DNA of 57,390 nucleotides, counting the filler, from Stramenopiles sp. TOSAG23-2 (lineage: Eukaryota), in NCBI GenBank assembly GCA_900128395.1. It is 4 parts of 4 records of this genome, joined end to end, with 100 filler letters (N's around TTAATTAATTAA, not from the genome) between each part and the next. Parts side by side here need not be neighbours in the genome. Positions count along the whole stretch, not along the records: positions 43,166 to 57,390 come from LT649767.1; 3 more parts are not named here. One strand, given 5' to 3'. Shown one piece after another: positions 56,292 to 57,390 of the stretch; the first letter of the stretch is position 1, and every line of letters begins with the position of its first letter. Under the pieces are notes generated by a model, which worked only from the letters and a program-made list of their open reading frames with translations, did not search any database and was not told the DNA's origin. Position numbers and translations under genes: made by a program.

Positions 56292-57390
56292 CCCCAACGT
56301 AAGCATTACAAGTTTATTTTCATGATTCATTGGCAATGCTGCGATACTAATTAAAAATAAACGACGTCCCATATCAATTGATGTATACCACCAACATTCT
56401 TCATTATAAGATTTTGTAACTACAAGCATCCATCTATTTTTCTTTACACCACCTGCCTCACGTTTTAATTTTGCATAACGATATAATAAATATGGCACCA
56501 ATAAAATACCAATAATACCAATAATTGCAAATAATTGCCAGATCCAACTTGTATCTTTAAAACAAATAATTTCAGGAGCACTAAAAAGTATTAATTTATC
56601 TCCAAGTACTCGACAATTAATAAGTTGAATTAAAAATTTTGTTATTGATGCATATAATGATAATAAACATGTTGTTATTGCCGGTCCAAAATTTGCACGT
56701 TTTTTTTCATTTTTACGAAATACATAAATACATATTGGCCAACATAATAACATTAATATACCCATTGGATATATATTAAATGCTAATTTACCAATTGGTG
56801 TTAAATTTGGTAATAAACAACTGAATGGATTTTCAGTCGTTAGTTTATCATTACTATTACTATCTGAATGATCTGCTTCGTTCGTTGCTACATTAAAACT
56901 AAAAAGCATCAATAAAGGTCCACTAACACGTTTTACTAATTGTGATGGACTTAACACTAAACCAACAACTTGGTAAAAAAACATTAAATTCTTAAATATT
57001 AATGTGAATAAAATATTTTTTGTTCCTGCAAGATATGTTTTACGTAATAAATATATAATAAATATCATACCAATTGGAAAAGGAATGATAAACCAAAACC
57101 AATTTATGGAAGTGCATTTACGACATATGGAACTGCCTAAAACTTCACTATAGCCGGAGATGCAAGAACCGCATAAAGGGGTTAATGGATAACGATTTGT
57201 TGCACAATCATATCCACTTCCAATACGGCATCCTATTCCATTTATATCATATGGTTTAAGGGAAGAACCATTAAAATGCGGGCAACATTGACCACCACTA
57301 CATTCAAATACTGATAATTCACCATAATGTGTATCAATATGTCCAACATGTCCATAATATCCTGGTTGTACATAGACATCATCCTGTCCC
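55968..57390 (-). CDS. Cys-rich ectodomain plus multi-pass membrane protein (5' end outside window)
   Basis: The frame stays open from 57068 to the window end (…CATNRYPLTPLCGSCISGYSEVLGSSICRKC…), followed by about seven TM segments with FYQVV, YNEECWWY…RRL and PF…LNNAE motifs. Confidence 0.8.
   Translation of the reverse strand, partial: GQDDVYVQPGYYGHVGHIDTHYGELSVFECSGGQCCPHFNGSSLKPYDINGIGCRIGSGYDCATNRYPLTPLCGSCISGYSEVLGSSICRKCTSINWFWFIIPFPIGMIFIIYLLRKTYLAGTKNILFTLIFKNLMFFYQVVGLVLSPSQLVKRVSGPLLMLFSFNVATNEADHSDSNSNDKLTTENPFSCLLPNLTPIGKLAFNIYPMGILMLLCWPICIYVFRKNEKKRANFGPAITTCLLSLYASITKFLIQLINCRVLGDKLILFSAPEIICFKDTSWIWQLFAIIGIIGILLVPYLLYRYAKLKREAGGVKKNRWMLVVTKSYNEECWWYTSIDMGRRLFLISIAALPMNHENKLVMLTLGFLLVRTVHTRLKPFPHVYLNNAEDICLNLLVFISAIASSRASSLHKNTDGTYDHPMDPFLLILVLCPFVGSIFFSAWYMYMERKKGTNNESTTEEGNFYWYGLYIHD

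Overview
AT-rich, gene-dense, intron-poor eukaryotic nuclear DNA using the standard genetic code (TAA, TAG and TGA all end genes). Dynein light chains, Sec23, CBP80, presenilin, a HDEL-ending PDI and GT-AG introns point to a unicellular eukaryote, probably a flagellate; the taxon cannot be fixed from sequence alone. The window is not one locus. It holds four unrelated contigs (1-14309, 14410-28700, 28801-43065, 43166-57390) joined by 100-nt artificial linkers (44 N + TTAATTAATTAA + 44 N), apparently sorted by length. About 25 protein genes are recognisable. The strongest leads are unusual domain fusions: (1) a putatively myristoylated kinesin motor between two alpha/beta-hydrolase-fold domains; (2) a SERCA-type Ca2+ pump with a histone-H1-like TPxK N-terminal tail; (3) a choline-transporter-like protein fused to a transglutaminase-like domain that has lost its catalytic residues, next to a choline/ecdysteroid-kinase-like gene; (4) an IQ-motif + TM + SGNH protein; (5) a three-exon PHTF/7TM-ion-channel-like protein split across three ORFs of the track. 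Non-coding structure includes a hAT-type MITE with an 8-bp TSD, a 391-bp fold-back element, a ~35-bp-period motif array, perfect hairpins, and two tandem duplications that may be assembly chimeras. All family calls come from motif recognition by eye; no search was run.
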